DNA of 63,680 bases, the filler included, from Reticulomyxa filosa (taxonomy: Eukaryota; Protista; Foraminifera): assembly GCA_000512085.1 (NCBI GenBank). It is 27 parts of 27 records of this genome, joined end to end, with 100 filler letters (N's around TTAATTAATTAA, not from the genome) between each part and the next. Parts side by side here need not be neighbours in the genome. Positions count along the whole stretch, not along the records: positions 38,092 to 40,000 come from ASPP01022938.1; positions 40,101 to 42,439 come from ASPP01000957.1; positions 42,540 to 43,551 come from ASPP01006563.1; positions 43,652 to 44,715 come from ASPP01011549.1; positions 44,816 to 47,061 come from ASPP01000549.1; positions 47,162 to 49,979 come from ASPP01007748.1; positions 50,080 to 51,111 come from ASPP01011252.1; positions 51,212 to 55,376 come from ASPP01003781.1; 19 more parts are not named here. One strand, 5' to 3'. Each line of letters opens with the position of its first letter. Positions within the stretch are counted from its first letter, which is position 1. Of this stretch, positions 39,913-52,182 are shown piece by piece. The notes beneath the pieces are model-generated. The model had not been told where the DNA came from, did not search any database, and was given only the letters and a program-made list of their open reading frames with translations. The translations under genes and the position numbers were made by a program.

Positions 39913-40000
39913 AATACAGTATGTTGCAAAGAAAACTGAACGCATAAAACGATATCTTATGATGATAATTGATTTTCTCCATGAAAGATCAACATTTACA
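39913..40000 (+). repeat. Dispersed non-coding repeat, copy 2 (at contig end)
   Basis: Near-identical to 5712-5800. Confidence 0.85.
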
Positions 40001-40186
40001 NNNNNNNNNNNNNNNNNNNNNNNNNNNNNNNNNNNNNNNNNNNNTTAATTAATTAANNNNNNNNNNNNNNNNNNNNNNNNNNNNNNNNNNNNNNNNNNNN
40101 AAAATCATTTGAAATAATGTTGATTTCATCCAACAAAAAAAAATGTTATTAAAAAATCAATATCATATTTAAAAACTACAAGATTT

Positions 40187-40284
40187 GTAGATATTTTTTA
40201 AATCTTTATTTTTCATGGAGAAAATCGATTCTCTTCATATAATGCCATTTAGGTATGTCAGTTTTTTCTGCAATCTATTGTATT
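40187..40284 (-). repeat. Dispersed non-coding repeat, copy 3 (diverged, inverted)
   Basis: Reverse complement TAATACAATAGATTGCAGAAAAAACTGA...GATTTTCTCCATGAAA...AAAAAATATCTAC aligns with 5711-5833, including the terminal ATATCTAC. Confidence 0.75.
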
Positions 40285-40968
40285 AGTGTGTTTAACTTAA
40301 ATACATTTCAATTTGTTAAACATGATAATTTACCAATTAATTATATTGAATATAATTGTCTTGTATCAAATCCAAAAAATGTACAACGACAAGAAATGAA
40401 ATAAAATTATCAAATGCTGTTATTTGAATGTAATGTAGGATTATCGATTGAATATGATGAGGATAATAACACTTTTCAATTCTTCAACAACCTGTTTGTA
40501 AGGGTATTGCGCCATTCCATAGATATGCATATGTATGTATCAATGATATCATCTTGTTCTTTAGTGGATGGAATTGGATTAGTGGTGCTTTTTCAAAATC
40601 AGTGCACAAGTATTCAATTCGAAAAAACAAATGGACGATATTTCCAAACATTTTTCCCAGTCCATTATATGATTGTATTGCAATATTGAGTGAAGGAGAC
40701 AATGATATACACATTACTGGAGGAAAAGATGATAAACATAAATCAGTATCAACTCACATGAAGAATAAAGTGCGTGTATGGAATCCTTCACAATTGGTAA
40801 TAATTTGTTTATTTATTTTGATGTAATACAAATATATTTGATAAATAATAAATAACAAAAGTCAAAAAATGAAATAAAATTGATTATTGAATATTGGATT
40901 CGAATTTCACAAATAAAATTTGGATGGACAGATGATTTTGATAAATTATTATGAAATACAGTATATGA
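40281..40968 (+). pseudogene. Kelch-like beta-propeller gene fragment, 5'-truncated and frameshifted
   Basis: ISVFNLNTFQF, SVHKYSIRKNKW, PSPLYDCIAIL, IHITGG; paralog of 41356-42439. Confidence 0.8.
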
Positions 40969-41355
40969 AATAAATTTCAGCACAATTAAAATATCTGTTA
41001 AATATGATTTGGTTTTATTTCATAATGTTTTTCAAAACGGAATACTGATAATTAAATGGAGAATGATTTGTTTTTTTTTAAATACAAAAGTCAATTATTA
41101 TTACTACTGTGAGAAACTTGCAAACATCGAATCCTCTATTGATGCAGTAATGTAGATATATCACTCTTGTTCTTATTTATGTTTACTGATAAATCAAAAA
41201 GTTACTGAAGATTGGAAGACTATGTGTGAAGCAAGTTCATATGATAAAATAATCTTTTTGTGAATTTAAAAAAGTATTTTTGGAATGCAATGCAAAAAAA
41301 TGGTCATATATCACAGTTATTTTATTATGCTTCTTCGTCAAAAAATAAATTAACT

Positions 41356-42439
41356 TTATTTCATTCTGCTGTATTTCATAATAATTTTATTAAAATCATC
41401 TGTCCATCCAAATTTTATTTGTAAAGTTCGAATCCAATATTCAATAATATATTTCAGTTCATTTTTTGACTGTTCATAATTTATTATTTGTTAATAACAT
41501 TTATTTGTGTTTTAATCAAAATAAATAAATAAACAAATTATTACCAACTGTGAAGGATCCCATATACGCACTTTAGTCTTCATGTGAATCGATAATATGT
41601 TATCTTTATCATTTCTTCCTCCAATAATGTATATATCATTGTTTTCCTCATTCAATATTGCAACACAATCATGCAATGGACTTGGTAAAGCGTTTTCAAA
41701 TATCATCCATTTGTTTTCTCGAATTGAATACTTGCATACTGATGTTGAAATAATCAATTGATTATTAATACAACAATATCCACCAAAGAACAAGATGATG
41801 TCATTGATACACAAATATGAATAATAATTAAATGATGCAATATGATCACAAACAGTTAATTTATGAAATTGAAAAGTGTTTTTATCTTCATTATATTCAA
41901 CTGATAATCCTGTATCTTTACAAAACAACATCATTTTATAATTTCTTTTTTTATTTTTTTCTTGTTCTTGTTCATTTTCTGATTTTAATACAAAGCAATG
42001 ATAAAATATATTGTTACAAATTGGTAAATTATGATGTTGAATAAATTGAAATGTATTTAAATCAAATACACTGATATCATTTTTTGGATAAGTGATAAAT
42101 AACAAATTATTATTGATTCCACCAATCACTGCACGCACTCCTTGATAATCATCATAATATCTTCCAATAATAATTGGATTATTGTGATTATCTGTAAAGG
42201 AATCCATTGGTTATGATTGTCTGATATATTACTCCAAACACTTATATATTTCATCACCAATGTATGTTTAAATGCTCCACCAAAAGATAACAAAGTGATT
42301 TCATTATTGTCTTTGTTGTTGTTATCTACCAGTTTTACTACACAATGTCCCATTAATTGGACATCATTTGGATAGTCACAGATAAGCTTGTATTCGTTTT
42401 TGAGTATATGATAAGAATAGCAAGCTCTTTCATAATTAC
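41356..42439 (-). CDS. Kelch-like beta-propeller protein, partial, one frameshift near 42207, terminal exon 41356-41469
   Basis: GHCVVK, LLSFGG, RAVIGG, ILFFGG, YSIRENKW, IYIIGG repeats. Confidence 0.8.
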
Positions 42440-43651
42440 NNNNNNNNNNNNNNNNNNNNNNNNNNNNNNNNNNNNNNNNNNNNTTAATTAATTAANNNNN
42501 NNNNNNNNNNNNNNNNNNNNNNNNNNNNNNNNNNNNNNNGTCAAACCCCCCTTGCAAATCCCAAATGAGGTTCACACGTACTTGAAATACAGACCTGAAC
42601 CCTTTGTCAAAGGCGAGGTCAGGGTTGGCTTTCATCCGGCTGATGACACCACCAATATGATCTTAACTGCTATACAGTAATGCCAAGAGGAAATAAAGTC
42701 GAAGGAAAAAAACAACTTGCAAACACCTTTTTTTTCTTTTGTTCGCAAAAATATCTGGCTACTTTTATTCTTTTTGTGATCAAAAACACTTTCTTTTATT
42801 CTCGCTCTTTGGAAAAATAACAAATGTTTAATTTCGATGATAAGTGTGATTTTTTTTCAACAAATACATAATGCAGTCTCCAGTAAAATAACTCATTCCA
42901 ATAACTACCTACTTGCTAATTATGCCCCCCTGTGCTGTTTCTTTTCCAGCAAAGTTATTATTGAGGTTTAGTGGTCTGGAAGGGTTGAAGGCTTTGTTAT
43001 TTTTTCTAAAAATTTCTTATAAAAAAAGTTGTATGCTTGACATGTTCCGGTAACGCTCACTGCAATATATATTACATACAAACATGCACCCATTATCATT
43101 CAAAATAAATGGTCACCCCAACAATTATAATATTTTAGAAAAAATGTGTAATTATTAATAACGCAATGATTATATATTTATTCTTGGTTTAGGTAGATTA
43201 TGTAAAGTAAAGAATTAGCACTATCATTGTTTAAAAAAGCTAAAGCCATTGCTACCAAATAAAAAAATAGCAAAATTTACGTAAAATGCATTATAGGACA
43301 AATTAAAATTGTGGGGACAAGATAATGAAAATATTCTCAAATAAAAGTAAATTTAAAAAGTTGTTTAAAAATAGCAAAGACCAGAGTGTTTTATGGAATG
43401 ACATCAATTAAGACAAAAAAGATATTGTGACAAAAATTTATTTTTGGATAAAAACATAGCAATAATTTTGTTAAAAAAAGTAACAATAAATAATTCATTT
43501 TGTTATAAGTATGTATTTGTAAAAAATTAATTAACTAAAATTACAAACAATNNNNNNNNNNNNNNNNNNNNNNNNNNNNNNNNNNNNNNNNNNNNTTAAT
43601 TAATTAANNNNNNNNNNNNNNNNNNNNNNNNNNNNNNNNNNNNNNNNNNNN

Positions 43652-44715
43652 ACCACCGCGCCGTCGCGCCGGCTGGCGGTAAAAACCTTTGTCAGCCCGA
43701 TCAGCAACGGTGTCATCCGCGAGGCGATGCTGCGCGAGTTCAAGCGCGGCGGCCAGGTGTTCTTTCCTGCACAACGAGGTGGACACCATCGAGAACATGC
43801 GCGAAAAGCTGGCCGAGCTGGTGCCGGAGGCGCGCATCGGCGTGGCGCACGGCCAGTTGCGCGAGCGTGAGCTGGAACAGGTAATGTGCGACTTCCTGCA
43901 AGTACGCTTTAACGTGCTGCTGTGCTCCACCATCATCGAAACCGGCATCGACATCCCCAACGCCAACACTATCCTGATCAACCGTGCCGACAAGTTCGGC
44001 CTGGCCCAGCTGCACCAGCTGCGCGGCCGGGTTGGCCGCAGCCACCACCAGGCTTACGCCTACCTGCTGACCGGTGAAGGCATGACCCGCGACGCGCAGA
44101 AGCGACTGGAGGCGATCCAGGCCTCCGAAGAACTGGGCGCCGGCTTCTACCTGGCCATGCACGACCTGGAAATCCGTGGCGCCGGCGAAGTGCTGGGCAG
44201 GGGCAATCCGGCGAGATGCAGGAAGTCGGCTTCAGCCTGTTTACCGAAATGCTGAAGCAAGCGGTACGCGACCTCAAAAAGGGCCGCGAGCCGGACCTGG
44301 ACGCGCCGCTGGGCGTGACCACCGAAATCAACCTGCACAGCCCGGCGCTGCTGCCGGACGAGTACTGCCCCGGTGTGCACGAGCGGCTGGTGATCTACAA
44401 GCGGCTGGCCACCTGCGACAGCGAAGACGAGATCGACACCATCCACGAAGAGCTGATCGATCGCTTCGGCCTGCCGCCGCAAACCGTGAAGACGCTGATC
44501 GAAAGCCATCGGCTGAGGTTGGCCGCACGCGAGATGGGTATCCAGAAGCTGGACGCCAGCGAGGTGGCCATCCAGCTTACCTTCGTCCCCACCCCCCCGA
44601 TCGACCCGATGAAGATCATCCAGCTGATCCAGAGCAAGCGGAACTCAAGCTGGCGGGCCAGGACAAGCTGCGGGTGAAAGCCCGATACCGGAAGTAGCCA
44701 TGCGCATCGTGCGGG
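43652..44715 (+). CDS. mfd: Transcription-repair coupling factor Mfd, helicase C-terminus and TRCF domain, bacterial, partial with frameshifts
   Basis: [64 protein letters not shown]. Confidence 0.95.
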
Positions 44716-44815
44716 NNNNNNNNNNNNNNNNNNNNNNNNNNNNNNNNNNNNNNNNNNNNTTAATTAATTAANNNNNNNNNNNNNNNNNNNNNNNNNNNNN
44801 NNNNNNNNNNNNNNN

Positions 44816-45580
44816 TTCAAACATAATAAACAATTACAAATATTCAATGGACATACAGAAGGTGTTTGTGGTATTGAGTTTTCACCATTTGGTGGTGGTA
44901 AATGTTTATGTTCTGGATCATATGATAACACTATTCGTTTATGGGATGTCGAAACATCCAAATCGTTACATGTTTTCAATGGACATACAGGTTGTGTTCG
45001 GTGTGTTGATATTTCACCATTGCAAAGCAATAATAATGGCAATAAAAGTAATAATGTTGGTGGCAATGGATATACAATCTGTTCTGGATCATGGGATGAG
45101 ACCATTCGAATATGGGATATTGAAACAACAAGACAATTGAATGTATTCAAAGGACATAAAGATTATGTGAATAGTGTAAGATATGGATCAAATGAATTAG
45201 TAAATACAATATTATCTGGATCAAGAGATAAAAGTATTCGTTTGTGGGATATTCGATTTAGTCAACAAATTCAAGTGTTCAGTGGACATACAGATTATGT
45301 GAATGCTGTTGAATATTCACCGCTTGCAATAAAGAATGGTGAATTTGGTGGTAATTCGAATGTAATATGTTCTGGATCATATGATAATACAATTCGTTTT
45401 TGGGATATTCGATCAAATAAGAGTGAGCTGCTTGTGATTAAAGAAGATAATAAAATAACATGTCTTAAGTTTATTGGATTGAAAAAGAAAGAGAAAAACA
45501 TCAAAAATGCAAAGAATGGTACATATGACATAAGTCTGTGTTATGGTTCAGGTGCAGGCCTCATTCGTATTTGGGGATAA
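44816..45580 (+). CDS. WD40-repeat protein of the expanded family, 5'-partial
   Basis: Several GH...SGS.D.TIR.WD repeats; paralog of 3743-4361. Confidence 0.92.
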   Translation, partial: FKHNKQLQIFNGHTEGVCGIEFSPFGGGKCLCSGSYDNTIRLWDVETSKSLHVFNGHTGCVRCVDISPLQSNNNGNKSNNVGGNGYTICSGSWDETIRIWDIETTRQLNVFKGHKDYVNSVRYGSNELVNTILSGSRDKSIRLWDIRFSQQIQVFSGHTDYVNAVEYSPLAIKNGEFGGNSNVICSGSYDNTIRFWDIRSNKSELLVIKEDNKITCLKFIGLKKKEKNIKNAKNGTYDISLCYGSGAGLIRIWG

Positions 45581-46354
45581 TTTTGCTGTCTTACTTTACT
45601 GCTCAAAAAATTCAAAAGTTGCGTTCAATCTTTTGTTGAGGTTGCCTTAGATATAAGATGAAAAAATGTTTGAAATTTTTCTCTTAATCAATGAAAGATA
45701 ATCAAAACACTTAAAAGCGGAAAGCAAATTGGGAGTCAGTTCATTTCAAAAGATTAACTTTTGAAAACAATTCAAAATAAAAATATAGTAATTGTTACAT
45801 TTTATATAACAAGCATATTCTGTTCAATCTCATAAATGGAAAACCTATTATGCTACCTTATAAACTTGTTCAATATTTCCGATGATTGGATTGGTTATTT
45901 TAACTCGTTTATTTGTTTTTCGATTATTTTTTGAATTTAATTTGAATTTCTTTGTGCAATTTAATTATTTTTAAAAAAATACTAAAAAGAGAGATTGTCT
46001 CTTATGCAAATAGTCAATTACCTTTGCCTATACCCCAACAAAAAAAAAACAAAATACTGGAAAACAAATTTCTCTTTTTTGTTTGCTTATCACAGATTTT
46101 TTTGTTTTTTGATATTACCAATATTTGTTGTTATAAAAAACATAGTTGATTGAATTCTCAAACCAATTTGTTTGTTTGTAATCAAATACGAATTGGTACA
46201 ACTGCTTGCTTTAATATTTCGTCAACGATTACATTTTCTGTAACAAACATTTGGGTTGCAATGTTTACTTTCTCTTGGCATTGAATTTCACAATTGATAA
46301 CATATATATTCCATCAATTCACATTTCCATTCAAGATTATTAATTTGCTTTTTA

Positions 46355-46840
46355 TCACACAACATGATGATAACATATCTGATCGCTGCCAATTGGTAAA
46401 GTACTGTTGATATATTGCAATGTGTTCAAATCAAATATACTTATGTTATTTGGTTGATAGGTGATAAATAATAAATTACTATTACTTCCGCTAATCACTG
46501 CATGTGCTCCTTCACAATTATCCTCTCTAATAATTACTGGCCCATTATCACTTCCAATGAAAGGAATCCATTCGTTGCAATGCTTTGTATTTTCAATTGT
46601 CAGTCCATCTTCGTCACTCCAAACACTCACATAATTCATTCAACGTATGTTTAGGGTATCCACCAAATGATAACAAAGTGGTCCATTGCAATCACTTTCG
46701 CATTTACTCGTTTCACTACACAATGTCCACAATAGGACTTCTTTTGGATAAGAACAAATAAGTTTATATTGATTTTGAATTGTATGATAAGAATATCATT
46801 CGTTCATTTCATTACCCCCACAAATGAGAATTTCATTTTC
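46355..46840 (-). pseudogene. Kelch-like gene remnant
   Basis: ILICGG, GHCVVK, LLSFGG and HAVISG fragments with stops and frameshifts. Confidence 0.7.
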
Positions 46841-47233
46841 GTGAGCCCCTCTGCCTATTGTATATTTTAACGGCCAATGTGATTATTGCTGTCAGCCATC
46901 AAATCCAATTCTTTTTCACTTGGATTTATCTTTTTAATATTGTGGATTGTATGCCAAAGGATATTATTATCTTTTGTTGGAAAAATCCTTTTTGAATATT
47001 TAAGAGCATTTTAGTGATTTTTTTTCCGTAAGAGATTCAGAAAGAAAAAACTTCACAACAANNNNNNNNNNNNNNNNNNNNNNNNNNNNNNNNNNNNNNN
47101 NNNNNTTAATTAATTAANNNNNNNNNNNNNNNNNNNNNNNNNNNNNNNNNNNNNNNNNNNNTCTTGTTATTGTTTATATTAACACGCAAAAAAAAAAAAA
47201 AAAAACAAAAAAAAACAAATAAACAAAACAAAC

Positions 47234-47754
47234 TTTGCCTGCTCCGGACTCACCACACACAATAATCGATTGATTGCATCTGCGTTGGACCAGTCGCATA
47301 TAAGACCTTGCGGAGACACCGTATGGGTGTGGCCGTCCTTGAGGCAGCTTGCCTTGTTTGGAAGCTTCATGGAACTCATCAATTACATCTTGTCCGTATA
47401 TTGGCAATCTTTCATAAGGATTAACTGCCACCTGTTTTTTTTGAAAATAAATAAATAAAACAAAAAATATGTGATAATTAATATTAATCACTTTTTGCAC
47501 ATAATAATAGTGAAACAACAGAAGCACTTTTTTTGTTCTTTGTGTGCTGATTTTCTCACCAATATTGTTGACAAGCTAGTGTAACAGTTTTTGCGGGGCA
47601 TGCACTTGAACCGGTAATGCAAATTATGTAACACATGTGGCATTTCCAAATACACCAACATTGATAGGTCAGGCACACCATCCAATTCTTTTGAATTTGC
47701 TACAAAGTTTGACTCAGCTTTTTTTGATGATCGTTTCTCTTCTTTCTCAGACAT
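47234..47754 (-). CDS. Myosin heavy chain motor domain, N-terminal exons, 3'-partial
   Basis: DLSMLVYLE..VLHNL..RF, IL|VAVNPYERLPIY, PHPYGV, QSIIVCGESGAGK. Confidence 0.93.
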
Positions 47755-48441
47755 TTTTCAATCTTGTAATGAATAGTAAGTAAGAAATTATTTAAAATTA
47801 ATTATTTTCCAATACTAACCACAAGCAAAAATGTTACCAAATAAAGAACGAGGAAAACAACTGACTAACGACAAAAAAAAAAAAAACTTCGTTCAAAAGC
47901 CCTTTTTACGAACAAAAAAAGCAGTTTTGGAAACAGTACTTTGGTTAGAACTGAAAAAACACATATATCTTTTATTAATGCTAAAACTATTTTTTCAGCT
48001 AAAAGTTTTGCTTTAAAATTTTTAAAAATGCAAACATTTGGTAACTAATATAAAATTTTAGCACGTCCCTGTGGTACTAAAAAAAAATACAAAGCGAGCT
48101 CATAAGCACTTATAAAAGTTGTTTTGGCACCCCATCTTTCTATCTAACGAACAATTTCTCTCTTTTAAAGTCATTTGATGATGTGAACAAAAATGCAAGA
48201 CAAATCAGCCTCAACATGACAAAGAGATAGCAAAATACAAGATCCTTTAGTTTGTTAAAAAAAAAGGGAGGATGAACTGTAGAAAAAAAGGAATACAAAA
48301 TGAGGTTTTGCTTTTCATTATTCATTAGGACTGCAACAACTCTCGTGCACTTGTGATGAATATGCAAAAGGCGCATATAAACACAAAGGGATATAAAAAA
48401 AAAAGAAAATACGACAAAAACAAAAATAACATGAAAAATGT

Positions 48442-49968
48442 TTATTTGTATTGCCAGCATCGAGTAAACCAATCAGTAATGAATTCTTCATTTTCTTCCA
48501 GTTTAACCAGGATATCTACGCCCATCAATTTCCATGTAAGTGAATGAACCACATCACCGAAGTTGACTACGTAGTCCCATGAATTGTATTCGTTTATACT
48601 CGTGGCAATAGATAATTTGTCGCTTTTGTGAGAAAAAAAAACAACAAACAAATAAACAAATAAACAAATAATAAAAACAATGACCAGACAAACAAACACA
48701 TACCTTCTTCCTCCTCCAAGACGATCTTCCATTGTGACGGCAGCAGCTCCGTGAATAGACTGCTCATGATCATCGTGATCAGTATGACTGGCGTAAGCAG
48801 ACGAATGGAAGTTTTTACGAACAGGTATGTACAAATTTTGGAAAAATTCCATCAAAAATCGGTACATGGAGGTGGAAATGATGCGATTGGAGTACGTGGC
48901 AATTTCAAACTGATGCATCTCATTATCGGATTCAAACAAATGTTTGAAGCCAATGGGCGGAGGACAGCTTTTTAGCATATTTACCAACGTTGTCGCGGGC
49001 AAAAAGGTTTCAAACAAGTTTGTGCCATCAATATAGTCCCTCCACATACTCAACGAGCCAGAGGAAAACAAACGATTTTGCGTGTGTTTCCGGAAGTATT
49101 CGTCCCTTCTCTCGTCAATCTCTTGTTTCCATTGTAGCTTCAAATCGTTCAATGTGAATAGCATTTTTTCGATTTCTTCGGCTTTTGTGAAATCTCGATG
49201 ACTAATATGTACATATATAAATAAATGAATAAATATATACATACATATATATATACATATATATATATGTATATGTACATATATATATATACAAAAGAAA
49301 CATAACTAATCGATCAATGTCGCCGCAAACAAACTCGCGATAATAATGACCATAACAACCCAATAAATGACGAAATAAAAAATGATGGTGGTTCGAAAGA
49401 ATTGATGATCGAAGCTGTTTAAGATGCCAAACAAGGCGGGCGTCCAGCCATCCCCTCCGCCTGCAAGTCCCAGATAAAGAAGCATCCACGCGTGGAGCAC
49501 GTCTCGGAAGAACAGAGTCGGTGTCTGCAGCAGGTCAAGATAGCCGTCCAGGTCTTCCACGAAATTGTAGGAGTGGACGTGTGACTCTTGGTTGACAATG
49601 CTGACTCCAAAGATGGCGAACATGAACAAGATCAAAAATGCAAAAATGATCAAATGGAATAGCTTGGGCGCACACCACGTCAGCACTTCCCAAATTTGGC
49701 GAAACTCCTCAATCACGAGAACAAACCGGAACACCATTAGCACTCCAAACGGCAATATGACTCCATTGTTCCAAATCGTCGACGCCCAGCCCAGTAAAAC
49801 CACGACCACACAGAGTCGATACGAGTTCAAGGAAAAGTAATAGCGATATCCAAACGCGATGATTTTCAGCACGCACTCCACGGTGAATATTCCCATTAAA
49901 CATATGCAGCAATAGTTTATCGGAGCAAACGAATTATCGCCAGGTCTAAATAATAGACATATATACAT
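48442..49968 (-). CDS. Four-domain voltage-gated-type cation channel, last repeat and C-terminal tail, 5'-partial, spliced
   Basis: IFTVECVLKIIAFG, FMFAIFGV, pore ...GDGW, S6 ending IIASLFAATLID; tail LKSCPPPIGF resembles the Cav PPLGF motif. Confidence 0.78.
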
Positions 49969-50079
49969 TTACAAAAAAANNNNNNNNNNNNNNNNNNNNN
50001 NNNNNNNNNNNNNNNNNNNNNNNTTAATTAATTAANNNNNNNNNNNNNNNNNNNNNNNNNNNNNNNNNNNNNNNNNNNN

Positions 50080-50340
50080 AAAAAAAAAAAAAGAGTCTTT
50101 ATTTATTTTTTTTTCTCTTTCGTAACATGGTGCATGATATGAATATCCCCAAGTTGTTGGGTAATAACAATAAGGGGTATTGTCGTTCGTTTCCACCGGA
50201 TCCCAAATACACCCACGCTGAGTGCACGCCGCTTCACTTGCTGAGGGCTCCGGATAACAATCAAAACGGGCGACATTTTCACTTGTCCAACCTACTGCCA
50301 CCCAAAACGCTGTGGCCAAAGACCATTTGAGAAATTTCAT
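50080..50340 (-). CDS. Secreted protein with an N-terminal P-type trefoil domain, probably a GH31 alpha-glucosidase, 3'-partial
   Basis: Signal peptide then RFDCYPE..ASEAACTQRGCIW...TPYCYYP...GY, as at the start of GAA/maltase-type GH31 enzymes. Confidence 0.72.
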
Positions 50341-50565
50341 TGTAATTCACAACAGGAAACAAACCAACAAAAAAAAGACTGACTTTGTTAAAATACGTTG
50401 CTTGTTTTTTACTATTACTATGCAACTTGATTGTTATCAATGTTCCTATGAAAGAAAAAATGCTTAAAGATATTAGACGTTTTTGGTTTATGATAAATAC
50501 AGCAAAAAAAAAAATATGTTCTTTTTTTTCTTTTCCCCTCTTTCTTTGAAGTTCTGATCCAACCA

Positions 50566-51007
50566 ATGACTAATCACTTTTTGCTCGCCAACTTGTGTCA
50601 TTTGGTGTTGTTTTCACCATTTGCAAGTGCATTCAATCGCTATGCGTCTCTTTCGGCAGCGGAAGTGGCAAGCGAGCTAGTGCAAGAGTTTGTGTACGGA
50701 TATAGCGCATATCAAAAGTACGCATGGGGACACGACGAATTGTTACCATTAACATCGTCATACGTGGACTACTCTTCGGGGTACTCTACGTTGTGGACCC
50801 CAATTGACGCACTGGATACAATTTATATAATGAATCTGACGGACTTGGCGGAGCAAACCAAAAACTTGATTTGTAATTTCAGTTTCGACATAAACGCCGA
50901 CGTGGCCGAGTTCGACATGACCATCCGTTTGTTGGGCGGGTTGTTGTCAGCATATCATTTCTCAGGAGAAACAGAGCGATGTTTATTGACAAAGCAATTG
51001 AATTGGG
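50566..51007 (+). CDS. GH47 class I alpha-1,2-mannosidase, 3'-partial
   Basis: YQKYAWGHDELLP, IDALDTIYIM, IRLLGGLLSAY; signal peptide. Confidence 0.9.
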
Positions 51008-51077
51008 TAACAACAATAAAAAAAAAAGGGACCGAATTTTTTTTTTTTTTTTTGAAAAAAGAAACTCATATCTTTTT

Positions 51078-51111
<34 letters not shown>

Positions 51112-52182
51112 NNNNNNNNNNNNNNNNNNNNNNNNNNNNNNNNNNNNNNNNNNNNTTAATTAATTAANNNNNNNNNNNNNNNNNNNNNNNNNNNNNNNNN
51201 NNNNNNNNNNNTTTTTTTTTTTTTTAATGCAGCAAGGGCGAAATTATAACGTTATTATGTACACATACAAACATTTATGTTCATATATATAGCACAACAA
51301 CGAACAAGTGCACAGAAAGATCTTGACGCTCTGAGGAGCCGAGCTGCAAATCAAACGAGGGAAATACGAGACTTGACTGCTCAAAATGGAAGAGTAAAAG
51401 ATCAAAAAAACACATTAAATAACCAACTGTCGACTGCTCAACGTAAAATCCAACATCCTACATTACACCTTTTTGTTTATTCATTCAGAGAGTGAGGACA
51501 GGAAGAGGGAGCAGGGGGGAAAAAAATGCGTTAGGGTTGACAACACAATATCATGAGCGTGCATGCAATGAATAGGAGAAAATGAAACGCGTATTTACGC
51601 GCTGGAAAGCCAACTGGAAAATGTGCGAACAAAGTTGTCTGCTGAAAAAACCGAAAATCAAACCTTACAAGAACAACTCCGTACTGGTACCTATTAAAAA
51701 AACAACAACCAAACAGCTTGGCCTAATTACTTTGTTTGTTGAACAAACAAATAAAACTGCTGAAAATGTCTGTCTTATATGTATTGGCCAATTGAAATAA
51801 TTTTGTGATGTTCACAACTGGTCCAGCACTCAAATCCTATTGAAATTTGTTCGTTTGTTTTTTTTTATTTTTGGTACTCAAACAATATTCTTTACATTCA
51901 ACAATGATTATTTTACATATTATCCAAACAAGCGCAAAAGGGTTTGTATTACACAACCAATGAAAACGAAAAATTTTCTTCAAGCTTCACAACGCTTGTA
52001 CATTTTTTCAATATTACATTCTATCTTTTTGAAAAAATTATGCTTAAACATGCAGATTACGAATTTTATTCGCGTTGGAAAAGAAAGAGTTGATGAAACA
52101 CTTTTTTTTGAAGACAACGTGTTTTTTCAAAAAAAAAACCAGCATATGTGCAAGATTGAACATTAAAAAAAGACTGACAGAC

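Noticed and set aside
35340-44220. Frameshifts in dctP, dctQ and mfd as programmed frameshifting or symbiont genome decay
   Set aside because: They are scattered single-base indels in otherwise conserved genes on short contigs, best explained by sequencing error.
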